A program made the translations under genes and the position numbers. Under the pieces are notes generated by a model. That model saw only the letters and a list, made by a program, of their open reading frames with translations, was not told the DNA's origin and made no database searches. Of a stretch of DNA of 64,000 bases, positions 46,701 through 56,451 are shown one piece after another. The stretch comes from Patescibacteria group bacterium (GTDB lineage Bacteria > Patescibacteriota > Patescibacteriia > Patescibacteriales > WJLG01), in contig JAQTUZ010000001.1 in assembly GCA_028707065.1 (NCBI GenBank), forward strand, positions 1,551 to 65,550, given 5' to 3'. Numbering within the stretch: the stretch's first letter is position 1; every line of letters begins with the position of its first letter.

Positions 46701-47699
46701 ATGCCTTATCTATTCCTTTTTTTGGGTTTGCTGTTAGCGAGCCCGATCGCGGCGGCGGGTGATAGCATCGCCTGCCCGACTTCCAAAGGATTGACTTCGC
46801 TGACGGATTCCCTGATCAAACAGGGCAAGGACGGCAAATGGGGCCTATACGGACTGACCACCAGAACGAGAAACTATGATTCAGTTAATTCGGCCAATCG
46901 GTACGAGATCGATGACACGCGCAAGACTCTGCGTAAGCGGGATATGGTGATTGTCAATGCGGGAATCACCGCCGAGCAGGCCACGCTGGCCCTGCATCAT
47001 CCCGATTCGCTGACCTCGGCAACCACAGTAAGCAAGTATGATGGCTGGCAATTTTGGCTGACAGAAAAAAAATCAGCCACCGGCATCGCTTATCATGGTG
47101 ATGAGCAAAAGACGGTCCAGAGGCAGACCAACGAGCTGGAGTCAAAAGTGTCTTGGAAGCTTGCGCTTTGCCTCTTCCTTATAAGCCTCTTCAGCGTTCT
47201 CTGCGCCCTGGATCTTTCCAAAAATACGCGGTTTAGAAACTCGAAGCACTTGATTTTCGCGAGTCTCTACTGTCTGGCGGTGATGGCCGTTCTGGTCAGC
47301 GAAGCAGTTGCCCTTTTCCAGACTCCGGCAATTACCTGGCCCAGAAAATTGCTGCTCGTGAACCTGGGGGCGTCCTTCCTTTTTATGGTCCTGATTGCCT
47401 TCAGCTTCAAAGATCAGCTGAAAATCCTGGTTAAGCCCAAGCTTAAGTTCGAAATCAAAGGAGCAGTCAGAGAATGGGTTTTGCCGCTGGGAATTTTCAC
47501 GATCGCGGAATTGGTGATTTACGCCGGCATGATCACCAACAGCTCTTTTGCTTTGTTGGGCTATGCGGGCGTTGCCGTCGCGTTTTTTCTTATTTTCGCC
47601 GGGCTCCCGGCCGGAATTGATGGCTTTAAAAATTGGCGGAGCAAAAAAAAGCCCGTCAAAACCGCACAACCACCCCAACAACCGCCTCGGAAGCAATGA
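46701..47699 (+). CDS. Membrane protein, hypothetical (signal peptide, extracytoplasmic N-domain, ~4 TM, Pro/Gln-rich tail)
   Basis: AGGAGG SD 6 nt upstream; hydrophobicity pattern. Confidence 0.55.
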   Translation: MPYLFLFLGLLLASPIAAAGDSIACPTSKGLTSLTDSLIKQGKDGKWGLYGLTTRTRNYDSVNSANRYEIDDTRKTLRKRDMVIVNAGITAEQATLALHHPDSLTSATTVSKYDGWQFWLTEKKSATGIAYHGDEQKTVQRQTNELESKVSWKLALCLFLISLFSVLCALDLSKNTRFRNSKHLIFASLYCLAVMAVLVSEAVALFQTPAITWPRKLLLVNLGASFLFMVLIAFSFKDQLKILVKPKLKFEIKGAVREWVLPLGIFTIAELVIYAGMITNSSFALLGYAGVAVAFFLIFAGLPAGIDGFKNWRSKKKPVKTAQPPQQPPRKQ

Positions 47700-47968
47700 T
47701 GAGTCAAAGCGAACAGTACTCCTGTTCGCTTTTTTATTTACCTTATGATTAAATTGGCCGGCGACCACCTCGCGTATTTGCGGATGGAAGAACATAATGC
47801 GAAACTACGTTTCTTACTTCTAACTTCTTACTTCGTTCCGGTTTCTCTTGCTTTTTCCGGCCTATCGTGTTATCTTTATTGTATCTTTAAAAATTAACTG
47901 TTTACCCCAACTTGGTTGCGGCAGAGGCTCTTTGAGCCTTAACCGTTTCTCGGCTGGGGAAAAAGCCA

Positions 47969-48346
47969 ATGTTAGACAAAAAAATCAAAGAAAAGATCAT
48001 CAAAAAGTTTCAGGAACATGCCAACGATACCGGTTCGCCGCAAGTGCAGATCGCCATTTTGACCGAAGAGATCAAACAATTGACCAAGCATTTGCAGGAA
48101 CACCGCAAAGATTTCTCTTCCCGCCGCGGTTTATTGAAGAAAGTCAGTGAACGCCGAAAACTTTTGAAATATCTGCAGAAAGAGAATGAAAAAGCTTTCA
48201 AGGACGTGGCGGAAAAATTAAAGTTGAAGATCGCCAAAAAAATGGAAGACGATAAAGAAAGGGAAGATGAACTGGCTCGCCTGGCCGAAGAAGGCCACGA
48301 GGAAGACCTGTTGAACGAAGCCGAGATCGCCGAAAAAAACGAATAG
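47969..48346 (+). CDS. rpsO: 30S ribosomal protein S15 with an acidic C-terminal extension
   Basis: [16 protein letters not shown]...[25 protein letters not shown] matches S15; an extra ~35-aa Glu/Asp-rich tail follows. Confidence 0.85.
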   Translation: MLDKKIKEKIIKKFQEHANDTGSPQVQIAILTEEIKQLTKHLQEHRKDFSSRRGLLKKVSERRKLLKYLQKENEKAFKDVAEKLKLKIAKKMEDDKEREDELARLAEEGHEEDLLNEAEIAEKNE

Positions 48347-48413
48347 TTTTTATAATATAGGCCCAGCTTTTGGGTCTATATTTGTTAAGAGGCTTTTTAC
48401 AAATTTTCAAGTC

Positions 48414-48536
48414 AGTATATAATGCGAATACTACAAATTGTGCGCGAATACTACGAACGGATTTAACGAATTAAAAATAATTCGATAAATAATTTGCGGT
48501 ATTCGCGAATAATTCGTTGTATTCGCATCATGTCAT
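48414..48536. mobile_element. Repeat family 3, copy D
   Basis: TIRs TAATGCGAATACTACAAATT ... AATTCGTTGTATTCGCATCA; abuts the NYN gene start (6 nt). Confidence 0.75.
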
Positions 48537-49034
48537 ATGATAAAACATAAAGAACAGAGGGTTGGGGTGCTTGTTGATGCCTCCAATATGTATCATTCGG
48601 CGAGAAATCTTTTCGGCGCGCATCTAAATTATAAAGAAGTTTTGGACGTCGCGGTCGCCGGCCGGAAATTGATCCGGGCGATAGCTTACGTGGTCAAAAC
48701 CGAAGGCGAAGAAGAAACGCCGTTTTTTGAAGCTTTGTCGCAGTTGGGTTTTGAAATTAATATGAAAGACTTGCAAATTTTCCCGGGCGGAATGAAAAAA
48801 GCCGACTGGGATGTCGGTCTTTCGGTCGACGCGATCAAGCTGGCGGAAAAATTGGATGTGATTGTTTTGGTTACCGGCGACGGCGACTATCTGCCTTTAG
48901 TTGAATATCTGCAAAACACCAAAGGCTGCCTCGTCGAAGTCCTCGCCTTCCGCAAATCCGCCTCATCCAAACTGATCGAAGCCGCCGATGATTTTATTGA
49001 TTTGAGCGAGAATAAAAAATTCTTGATTCGCTAA
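48537..49034 (+). CDS. NYN-domain (LabA-like/DUF88) putative ribonuclease
   Basis: VGVLVDASNMYHSAR...VLVTGDGDYLPLV conserved acidic residues typical of the NYN/PIN-like fold. Confidence 0.65.
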   Translation: MIKHKEQRVGVLVDASNMYHSARNLFGAHLNYKEVLDVAVAGRKLIRAIAYVVKTEGEEETPFFEALSQLGFEINMKDLQIFPGGMKKADWDVGLSVDAIKLAEKLDVIVLVTGDGDYLPLVEYLQNTKGCLVEVLAFRKSASSKLIEAADDFIDLSENKKFLIR

Positions 49035-49057
49035 TTTTTTATAACCAGCTTGCTCAT

Positions 49058-49112
49058 ATAATGCGAACCTACGAATTGTACGCGAATACTACGAACAGTT
49101 TAACGAAGTTTA
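49058..49112. repeat. Repeat family 3, partial copy E (left-end half)
   Basis: ATAATGCGAACCTACGAATTGTACGCGAATACTACGAAC matches the left ends of copies A to D; no right TIR. Confidence 0.6.
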
Positions 49113-49131
49113 TTCGACTATTAATAAACCT

Positions 49132-49644
49132 ATGAAAAAAATTATTTTCCTTTTCGTTTCCGTTTTATTATTAGCAGGATGTGATTATAAAATTGTCAAA
49201 GAGCAACCAACTCAAAATTTTACAATACCGTCTATCGGCCAAATACAAACGAGCTCTCGGGCAACGCCAGAAACTAATACACAAACTAAGCAAAGTAATT
49301 TAACCTTACAAGCTAAATGTTCAAAAGATGCTGAAAATTTTTTTAATCTACATTGGCGCAAATCCATTCCTACCGGAATGTTAGCCTTAGATTATCAAAA
49401 TCATTACAACAAAACTCTTGATAAATGCTTTATACTAATAATATTCAATTTCAAAACTGACATAGGCGACGGATCTCCGGCGTCATACACAAATGATAAA
49501 TTTTTATATGACGTTTACGAGAATGTTCAATATGGAACAATAGATATTACAGACAAAATTTTACAAAAGTGTGAAGTTTCTAGTAAAAAATGTGTTTCCC
49601 TCGATGATTTTAATAATTTATCCGAATCATACATGAATAATTAA
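49132..49644 (+). CDS. Lipoprotein, hypothetical (AT-rich)
   Basis: Signal peptide with lipobox LLAGC, 170 aa; base composition much more AT-rich than the flanks. Confidence 0.5.
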   Translation: MKKIIFLFVSVLLLAGCDYKIVKEQPTQNFTIPSIGQIQTSSRATPETNTQTKQSNLTLQAKCSKDAENFFNLHWRKSIPTGMLALDYQNHYNKTLDKCFILIIFNFKTDIGDGSPASYTNDKFLYDVYENVQYGTIDITDKILQKCEVSSKKCVSLDDFNNLSESYMNN

Positions 49645-49664
49645 ACCTATCGATGTTTAATACT

Positions 49665-49829
49665 ATGAAAAAGTGTCCACGATGCCATTCGGAAAAAATA
49701 GAAAACTTACACATGGCCATTCTTCGCCGAGATGGTAAACCAACAAAATTTATGGGAGAGGCTGATTTTGTTAATTGTCAATGTGGAAACTGTGGCGAAA
49801 AATTTAAAATTCCTTATAGCGAGCATTGA
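49665..49829 (+). CDS. Small zinc-ribbon protein (CxxC-x31-CxCGNC); not in the supplied ORF track
   Basis: Manual translation gives MKKCPRCHSEKIENLHMAILRRDGKPTKFMGEADFVNCQCGNCGEKFKIPYSEH*. Confidence 0.4.
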   Translation: MKKCPRCHSEKIENLHMAILRRDGKPTKFMGEADFVNCQCGNCGEKFKIPYSEH

Positions 49830-50104
49830 AAAATTTTGGAAATGACGCGCAGCGTAGAGGCCGTGCAAAATTGCGTTGTCCGAAGTCCCGCTTCATTATT
49901 ACAATTTTATAAACGAAGGCGGGCAAGTATAGCAATTTTGCTAGGCTTCATAGCGGAGCGGCCCAAAATTTTTCCTGCGAGCAGTTTTTGCGCCACTTTT
50001 TTAAAAAAGTGGCAAAAGATATTTTAATTAATTTAAATAACGCCTGGTCGCCAAACATGCAGTTCCCAATCGGACTGAAGTTTGTCGGCCAAGCACAAAA
50101 GAAA

Positions 50105-52369
50105 ATGTCAGAAAAATTTCAAGAACAAAGAGTGTCCGGACCATGGCTTGGCCGGGAACTCTCCTTGCGCGCCGGTAAAGTGGCGCTGCAGGCCGATGCG
50201 GCCGTCATCGCCCAATATGGCGAGACCGTCGTCTTAGCCACCGTCGTCGAAGCCCAGGAAGAGCGCAACATCGATTATTTCCCGCTGACCGTTGATTTTG
50301 AAGAACGGCTTTATGCCGCCGGCATCATCAAAGGTTCGCGCTGGATCAAACGAGAAGGCCGCCCGACCGATGAATCGATCTTAAACGGCCGGATGGTCGA
50401 CCGTTCTTTGCGTCCGCTTTTTTCAGGTGTTTCGCGCAAAGATACGCAGATCGTCTGCACCGTGCTCTCTTATGACACGGAAAATAATTACGACATCGTC
50501 GGCTTAGTCGCCGCTTCGGCCGCGCTTTCCATTTCCGGAGTGGAATGGAAAGGCCCGGTTGGCGGAGTCAAAGTCGGCTTGATCGATGGCAACATAATTT
50601 TCAATCCGACTTACTCGCAAATGGCGACCAGTCAGATGGAATTGACTATCGTCGGCACCAAGGAGCGCACGATTATGATCGAAGCTTCCGCCAACGAAGT
50701 AAAGGAAGAAATAATGCTGGATGCGATCAGCCAGGCGCAAATCGAAATGCAGCCGGCGATCGAATTGATCAACGCCTTTAAGAAAAAAGTCGGCGTCAAA
50801 GAAAAAATAGAAAAAACCCAGCTGCTTTCCCCGGAACAGATCCAAAAATCCGAAGAAAAGAAAAAATTGATCGCTATTGCCGAAGGCTGGCTCAAGAAAA
50901 ATGTTTATCCCATTCTTTTTGACAAGCAATATTACACCAAGGGTGATAGAAAATTAGCCGTGGCCAAGATCGAAGCCGACCTGGATAAATTTCTTTTCGA
51001 CCAAGGCATCGACGAAGATCAACGCGGCTTTATCGTCGGCCAAACCGTCGAAGGCGCAGTCTATTCCGAAATAACCAAACAACTTTTGGATAACGAACGC
51101 CGCGTCGACGGTCGCAAGCTTGACGAGATCCGTCCGCTTTATTCGGAAGTAAATTTATTGCCGCGCAACCACGGCTCAGGTCTATTTATGAGAGGCGAGA
51201 CCCAGATCTTGTCCATCATCACTTTGGGCGCTCCGGGCTTGGAACAAAACCTGGAAGGATTGGAAGGCAAGAGCACTAAGCGCTTTATGCATCATTATAA
51301 TTTTCCTTCTTACTCGGTCGGCGAGACCGGACCGAACCGCGGACCGGGCCGCCGCGAGATCGGCCATGGCGCTTTGGCGGAAAAAGCCTTGCTCCCGGTC
51401 GTTCCGGAAAAAAATGATTTCCCTTATACCATCCGCGTCGTTTCCGAAACCATGGGTTCGAACGGCTCGTCTTCGATGGCTTCAACCTGCTGCGCTTCAT
51501 TATCCTTGATGGATGCGGGCGTACCGATCAAGCGTCCGGTCGCGGGCGTGGCCATCGGTTTGGCCTCCAATGCCGATATGAGCCAATGGAAAGTCTTAAC
51601 CGATATCCAGGATCTGGAAGATGGCCAAGGCGGGATGGATTTTAAGATCACCGGCACGTCAGTTGGCATCACCGCGATTCAACTTGATACCAAAACCGAT
51701 GGTTTGACCATGGAAATAGTCGAAGAAGCTTTGGAGCGCGGCCGCAAAGGCAGAATGCAAATCCTTGAAGTCATGACTCAGGCTATTCCCGCGCCAAGAG
51801 CTGAATTATCCAAATATGCTCCGCGCGTGGTCAGCTTCGCGATCAATCCGGACAAGATCCGCGACGTGATCGGCGCCGGCGGCAAGATCATCAACAAGAT
51901 TATCGAAGAGCATGAAGTTGAAATTGATATTGAAGACGACGGTATGGTCTTTGTCACGGGTTCGAAAGCCGAGCAAGTGGCCAAGGCGGTCGATTGGATC
52001 AAAAATATCGCCCACGAATTCAAGGTCGGCGAAATCTTCACCGGACCGGTGGCGCGCATCCTGGACTTCGGCGCTTTTGTCGAATTAACTCCGGGCAGCG
52101 ACGGCATGGTCCATGTTTCCAAATTGGCGCCGTATCGCGTCGGCCGTCCGGGCGACTTGCTTGATCCGGGAATGATGGTCACGGTCAAGATCGACGAGAT
52201 CGATGAAATGGGCCGCATCAATCTTTCGATGAAAGATTGCCCGGAAAATGCCCATCTCTGGGTTGACAAGAAAGGCGAACAGAAAGGTGATTTCAATACC
52301 GGCTTCCGCCCGCGCCGAGACTTCGGCGACCGCGGCGGCAATCGCGGACCAAGACGAGAGCGGAGATAA
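50105..52369 (+). CDS. pnp: Polyribonucleotide nucleotidyltransferase (PNPase) with an Arg/Gly-rich C-terminal tail
   Basis: Two RNase PH domains, KH and S1 domains; the likely start is the Met at 50105 (MSEKFQEQ...), while the ORF-track start at 49988 is an upstream extension. Confidence 0.9.
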   Translation: MSEKFQEQRVSGPWLGRELSLRAGKVALQADAAVIAQYGETVVLATVVEAQEERNIDYFPLTVDFEERLYAAGIIKGSRWIKREGRPTDESILNGRMVDRSLRPLFSGVSRKDTQIVCTVLSYDTENNYDIVGLVAASAALSISGVEWKGPVGGVKVGLIDGNIIFNPTYSQMATSQMELTIVGTKERTIMIEASANEVKEEIMLDAISQAQIEMQPAIELINAFKKKVGVKEKIEKTQLLSPEQIQKSEEKKKLIAIAEGWLKKNVYPILFDKQYYTKGDRKLAVAKIEADLDKFLFDQGIDEDQRGFIVGQTVEGAVYSEITKQLLDNERRVDGRKLDEIRPLYSEVNLLPRNHGSGLFMRGETQILSIITLGAPGLEQNLEGLEGKSTKRFMHHYNFPSYSVGETGPNRGPGRREIGHGALAEKALLPVVPEKNDFPYTIRVVSETMGSNGSSSMASTCCASLSLMDAGVPIKRPVAGVAIGLASNADMSQWKVLTDIQDLEDGQGGMDFKITGTSVGITAIQLDTKTDGLTMEIVEEALERGRKGRMQILEVMTQAIPAPRAELSKYAPRVVSFAINPDKIRDVIGAGGKIINKIIEEHEVEIDIEDDGMVFVTGSKAEQVAKAVDWIKNIAHEFKVGEIFTGPVARILDFGAFVELTPGSDGMVHVSKLAPYRVGRPGDLLDPGMMVTVKIDEIDEMGRINLSMKDCPENAHLWVDKKGEQKGDFNTGFRPRRDFGDRGGNRGPRRERR

Positions 52370-52407
52370 GTAAAAAGTAATAAGTAAAAATATATAAAGA
52401 AAAGCCG

Positions 52408-52441
52408 TTCGGAGAAATCCGAGCGGCTTTTTTGTTAACCA
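52408..52441 (+). terminator. Intrinsic terminator of pnp
   Basis: GCCGTTCGGA-GAAA-TCCGAGCGGC followed by TTTTTT. Confidence 0.7.
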
Positions 52442-52865
52442 TTATTTGCTTGATTAACAATGTGATGTTAGGTACCCCATCAACAGTATGATTACTGCCA
52501 CGATGATGGTCACTACCCAATCCTTTCTTGTCATCTTTTTTTGCTTCTTTTTTCCTTTTCCTTGTTCGATGTCCCCGTCTTGGGGGGCGCTTGAGTTAAA
52601 CATTGTAAATAACTCCTTTTTATTGGTGAAAAAACAGTTTATTTCTGTTTATATCTTAGCACCATTTTACCTTTTTGTCAATAGCCAAAAAACACCGCCT
52701 TTTTCTGCTTTTTTGAGTTTTATCAGAATCTCCCCTCTCTCGATGAACTCAAGACAGGGCGCAAGGCATCCTGACGCGGTCCACGGCGATATTCTGCCGG
52801 GACCAAACTAAAAATAAAAAAACACTTACCTCCCGGTAAAGTGTCGTTGGATTTTTGGCCAATTA

Positions 52866-53033
52866 TTTTTCACCATGGCCATGACGAGAAATAAGCGACG
52901 GCAGCCTGGCAGCCGAAGTAGCAAAGTGCCGCTAGCGCCAGGATGATGACGCCGAGGATGAGATACTTGCGCGCCTTGCCGCAACTCTTTTCCTTCTTGT
53001 CGGTCTTGAAATAATTCTCATGGTCGTGCATAC
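52866..53033 (-). CDS. Small C-terminally anchored membrane protein; not in the ORF track
   Basis: GGAGGT SD then ATG; manual translation MHDHENYFKTDKKEKSCGKARKYLILGVIILALAALCYFGCQAAVAYFSSWPW*. Confidence 0.35.
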
Positions 53034-53260
53034 GACCTCCTTTATAAAAAAGAATTGAAAATTTTCAATTGTTTGTAGCTTAGCGCTATTTTATCCGTTT
53101 GTCAACAAACAACGCTAAAAATTCTTTAAATCCCCTTTTTGTCTCTGGTTGCTGACCCGTCCTTATTTTTTAGCAGCCCTTCTCTGATTATGTTATAATA
53201 AGCTTAGCTTGACGTTATATTATTTTAAAGGTAATATATTTGCTTGTCTTCCAATAATTT

Positions 53261-56200
53261 ATGAATTTTCAACAAACCTGGTCTTCTAAGAAGGCCAACC
53301 ACACTCCGATGAACAACGGTTCCAATTGGCAATCGAAAAACAAGAAAGGCTTTTCCCTTGCCAAAATTATTTTCAATAAAACTTTCTTCAAGATCATCGC
53401 CGTCCTCTTTTTACTGGGCGTGGTTTCGCTGTTCGCCGTGTTCGCCTGGTTTTCCCGCGACCTGCCCAATCCGAATCAGCTGATGGACCGCCAGGTGGCG
53501 CAAAGCACCAAAATCTATGATCGCACCGGCCAAAATATCCTTTATGATATCCACGGCGACCAGCAACGGACATTGGTAGAGCTGAAAGATATTCCCAACT
53601 ATGTAAAATGGGCGACGGTGGCCGTGGAAGATAAAAATTTTTACGAGCACAAAGGCTTCAGCTTTTGGGCGATCTTCCGCACCATCGCCACTAACATTCT
53701 TTACCACAAAAAAGCGGGCGGCTCCACTTTAACCCAGCAATTCATCAAAAACGCGGTTTTGACCAATGAAAAAACTTACACGCGCAAGATCAAAGAATTG
53801 ATTTTGGCCTACAAGATGGAAAAGAAATTTTCCAAGGACCAGATCTTGCAGCTGTACCTGAACGAGATCCCTTACGGTTCGACCGCTTATGGCGTGCAGG
53901 CGGCCAGCCAGCGCTATTTTAAAAAAGACGTCAAGGATCTGACTTTGGCCGAAGCCGCTGTCTTGGCGGCGCTGCCGCAATCGCCGACGGTTTATTCCCC
54001 TTACGGCTCGCACAAGGACGCGCTGATCAAGCGCCAGCAATATATTCTGGGCCTGATGGCCGAGCAAGGCTATATTACCAAAGATGAAGCCGAAGCGGCA
54101 AAAAAAGAGCAGCTCAAATTCGCGCCGAACACGGAGAATATCACCGCGCCGCATTTTGTCATGTATGTCAAAGAATTGTTGACGGAAAAGTACGGTGAAA
54201 AAATGGTTGAGCAGGGCGGCTTGAAGATCACCACCACGCTTGATCTTTCCAAACAAAAAGCGGCCGAGCAGGCCATCGGCGATTGGTGGAACAAAACCAA
54301 AGTAATTGATAAAAAAACCGGCAAGGAAAGCAGCTATAATAGTTTTGGCGCTTCCAACGCCGCCCTGGTTTCCCTTGACCCCAAAACCGGGCAAGTGCTC
54401 GCGCTGGTGGGTTCCCGGGATTTTTTCAACGAAGAGATCGATGGCCAGGTCAACGTCGTCACTTCCTTGCGCCAGCCCGGTTCATCGCTTAAGCCCCTGG
54501 TTTATTCGGCTCTTTTTTTGAAAGGTTATACTCCCAACACCATCCTTTATGACGTCTTGACTAATTTTTCTTCTGATCCGAAAAAACCCTACACTCCCAA
54601 GGATTTCACCGGCAACGAGCTGGGCCCGGTTACCATTCGCACGGCTCTCGCCGGATCGCTGAATATTCCGGCGGTCAAAGCTACTTATTTGGCCGGTCTG
54701 GACAATATCATCAGCCTGGCCAAGACTTTCGGCTATACCAGCTTGAACGATCAAAGCCGCTTTGGCTTATCGCTGGCTTTGGGTGGCGCGGAAGTTGAAT
54801 TGCTGGAACATGCCAATGCTTACGGAGTTTTTGCCCAAGAAGGCATTTATCATCCGGTGGCTTCGATCTTAAAAGTCGAGGACAAGGATGGAAAAATCTT
54901 GGAACAATGGCAGCCCACGGAACAAAATGTTTTGGATCAAAATGTGGCCAGAGAAATCAATGATATTTTATCTGATAACAATGCCCGCGCTTTCATGTTT
55001 GGCGAACGTAATAATTTAATTTTGCCCAATCGGCCGGTCGCCGCCAAAACCGGCACCACCAACGACTATCATGACGCTTGGACAATGGGCTACACCCCTT
55101 CCTTGGTGGCGGGCGTTTGGGTGGGCAATAGCGACAACAAGGCGATGAACAAGGGAGCTTCGGCCGCCAACGCCGCCGGCCCGATCTGGAACGGATACAT
55201 GAAAACAATTTTAAACAATACGCCGGTGGAACAGTTCACCAAGCCGAACATTCCCGTAACGGGCAAGCCGATCTTAGACGGCATAATTCCGGGGCAAACG
55301 GTCAAGATCGACAAAGTCACCGGCCTCTTGGCCACCGACCTTACTCCTCCGGAAATGATCGTGGAAAAAACTTTCCAGCAAAATCACGATATTCTTTTTT
55401 ACGTCAACAAAGATGACCCTACCGGCCCGGTGCCAACCGATCCGGCTAGCGACCCGCAATTCGCCGAATGGGAAAAAGACTTGCAGGCCTGGACTGCCAA
55501 GCAAGCCGCCAGCTCCACGCTTGCTTTATCGACCGGCACGCCGCCGACTTTATACGACAACGTGCACACCCAGGAGAACAAACCAACCATAAAAATTATC
55601 GGTCCGATCAACAACGCGATCCTCACGGGAAATTTATTAACGACCGACGTCCAGGCTGACGCGCCGCGCGGAGTCAGTTCGGTAAAATATTACATCAACG
55701 ACAATCTCTTTGCCGCCAAAGAAGGGCATTTCTTTAATTTAAACAATCAGCCGCTGGCTTTCTTGGCCAATGGTTATCACAATCTCAAAGTAATGGCTTG
55801 CGACGACGTGGGCAATTGCTCCTCCGACTCCGTGGAAATCAATCTGGTCGGCGGCAGCGAAAATATCAACGCTGCTTTTTCCGCGGCCATTGCCTGGCCG
55901 TCAAGCGGTCTGGCTTTGGGGGAAGGAGAATTGCCGGCCAATCTTAAATTCCAATTATCCAATCCCGGCCAAGTCGGCCGCGTCGATGTTTACGCCCGCG
56001 CCAACGGCGGTGAAGATTCCTTCTTGGGTACGATCAATTCAGTCACCGGCAGTGAAGTTTCGTTCCGCTGGCCCGGCCCGGATCAGTCAGGAACTTACAC
56101 TCTTTTCGGCAAAGCCTATAGCTGGGAAGGCGATCTGGTAAAAACCAACGAAACAACGGTAACGATCACGCGCACGCCCGCCACCGTCGCCTTGCCTTAA
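53261..56200 (+). CDS. Penicillin-binding protein 1A family (bifunctional glycosyltransferase/transpeptidase) with a ~250-aa C-terminal extension
   Basis: N-terminal TM, GT51 motifs (EDKNFYEH, GGSTLTQQ) and transpeptidase motifs SSLKP, SLN, KTGT. Confidence 0.85.
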   Translation: MNFQQTWSSKKANHTPMNNGSNWQSKNKKGFSLAKIIFNKTFFKIIAVLFLLGVVSLFAVFAWFSRDLPNPNQLMDRQVAQSTKIYDRTGQNILYDIHGDQQRTLVELKDIPNYVKWATVAVEDKNFYEHKGFSFWAIFRTIATNILYHKKAGGSTLTQQFIKNAVLTNEKTYTRKIKELILAYKMEKKFSKDQILQLYLNEIPYGSTAYGVQAASQRYFKKDVKDLTLAEAAVLAALPQSPTVYSPYGSHKDALIKRQQYILGLMAEQGYITKDEAEAAKKEQLKFAPNTENITAPHFVMYVKELLTEKYGEKMVEQGGLKITTTLDLSKQKAAEQAIGDWWNKTKVIDKKTGKESSYNSFGASNAALVSLDPKTGQVLALVGSRDFFNEEIDGQVNVVTSLRQPGSSLKPLVYSALFLKGYTPNTILYDVLTNFSSDPKKPYTPKDFTGNELGPVTIRTALAGSLNIPAVKATYLAGLDNIISLAKTFGYTSLNDQSRFGLSLALGGAEVELLEHANAYGVFAQEGIYHPVASILKVEDKDGKILEQWQPTEQNVLDQNVAREINDILSDNNARAFMFGERNNLILPNRPVAAKTGTTNDYHDAWTMGYTPSLVAGVWVGNSDNKAMNKGASAANAAGPIWNGYMKTILNNTPVEQFTKPNIPVTGKPILDGIIPGQTVKIDKVTGLLATDLTPPEMIVEKTFQQNHDILFYVNKDDPTGPVPTDPASDPQFAEWEKDLQAWTAKQAASSTLALSTGTPPTLYDNVHTQENKPTIKIIGPINNAILTGNLLTTDVQADAPRGVSSVKYYINDNLFAAKEGHFFNLNNQPLAFLANGYHNLKVMACDDVGNCSSDSVEINLVGGSENINAAFSAAIAWPSSGLALGEGELPANLKFQLSNPGQVGRVDVYARANGGEDSFLGTINSVTGSEVSFRWPGPDQSGTYTLFGKAYSWEGDLVKTNETTVTITRTPATVALP

Positions 56201-56207
56201 AATAGTC

Positions 56208-56280
56208 AATAAGATGGTTACAAAATAGTTTTGTAACCATCTCAATTTAAAAACCGTCGTCTTAAAGGGGCGGCGGTTTT
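56208..56280. terminator. Two hairpins (a perfect 14-bp-stem palindrome, then a GC hairpin with T-run) terminating the PBP gene; possibly bidirectional
   Basis: GATGGTTACAAAAtagTTTTGTAACCATC and AACCGTCGTC..GGCGGCGGTTTTT. Confidence 0.6.
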
Positions 56281-56287
56281 TCGTTTT

Positions 56288-56440
56288 TTATTTCTTGATT
56301 GCTTTTTTTCGGATTTTTTTTGGATATAGCGCGGCCTTCCATTTTCTAATTTCCCGCATGCTTAGCTCCCTGTCCAACCATGGCCGTTTTTTTGCCGGGG
56401 TTTTGCCGCAACGTATCGCCACTGACTCGCCATGACCCAT
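56288..56440 (-). CDS. Small basic hypothetical protein (50 aa); not in the ORF track
   Basis: Perfect AAAGGAGGA SD 4 nt before the ATG; manual translation MGHGESVAIRCGKTPAKKRPWLDRELSMREIRKWKAALYPKKIRKKAIKK*. Confidence 0.4.
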   Translation of the reverse strand: MGHGESVAIRCGKTPAKKRPWLDRELSMREIRKWKAALYPKKIRKKAIKK

Positions 56441-56451
56441 TTCGTCCTCCT

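Noticed and set aside
52488-52811. 107-aa plus-strand ORF after the pnp terminator
   Set aside because: Low-complexity Phe/Leu-rich sequence with no RBS. The minus strand of the same region holds better-supported small ORFs with SDs.
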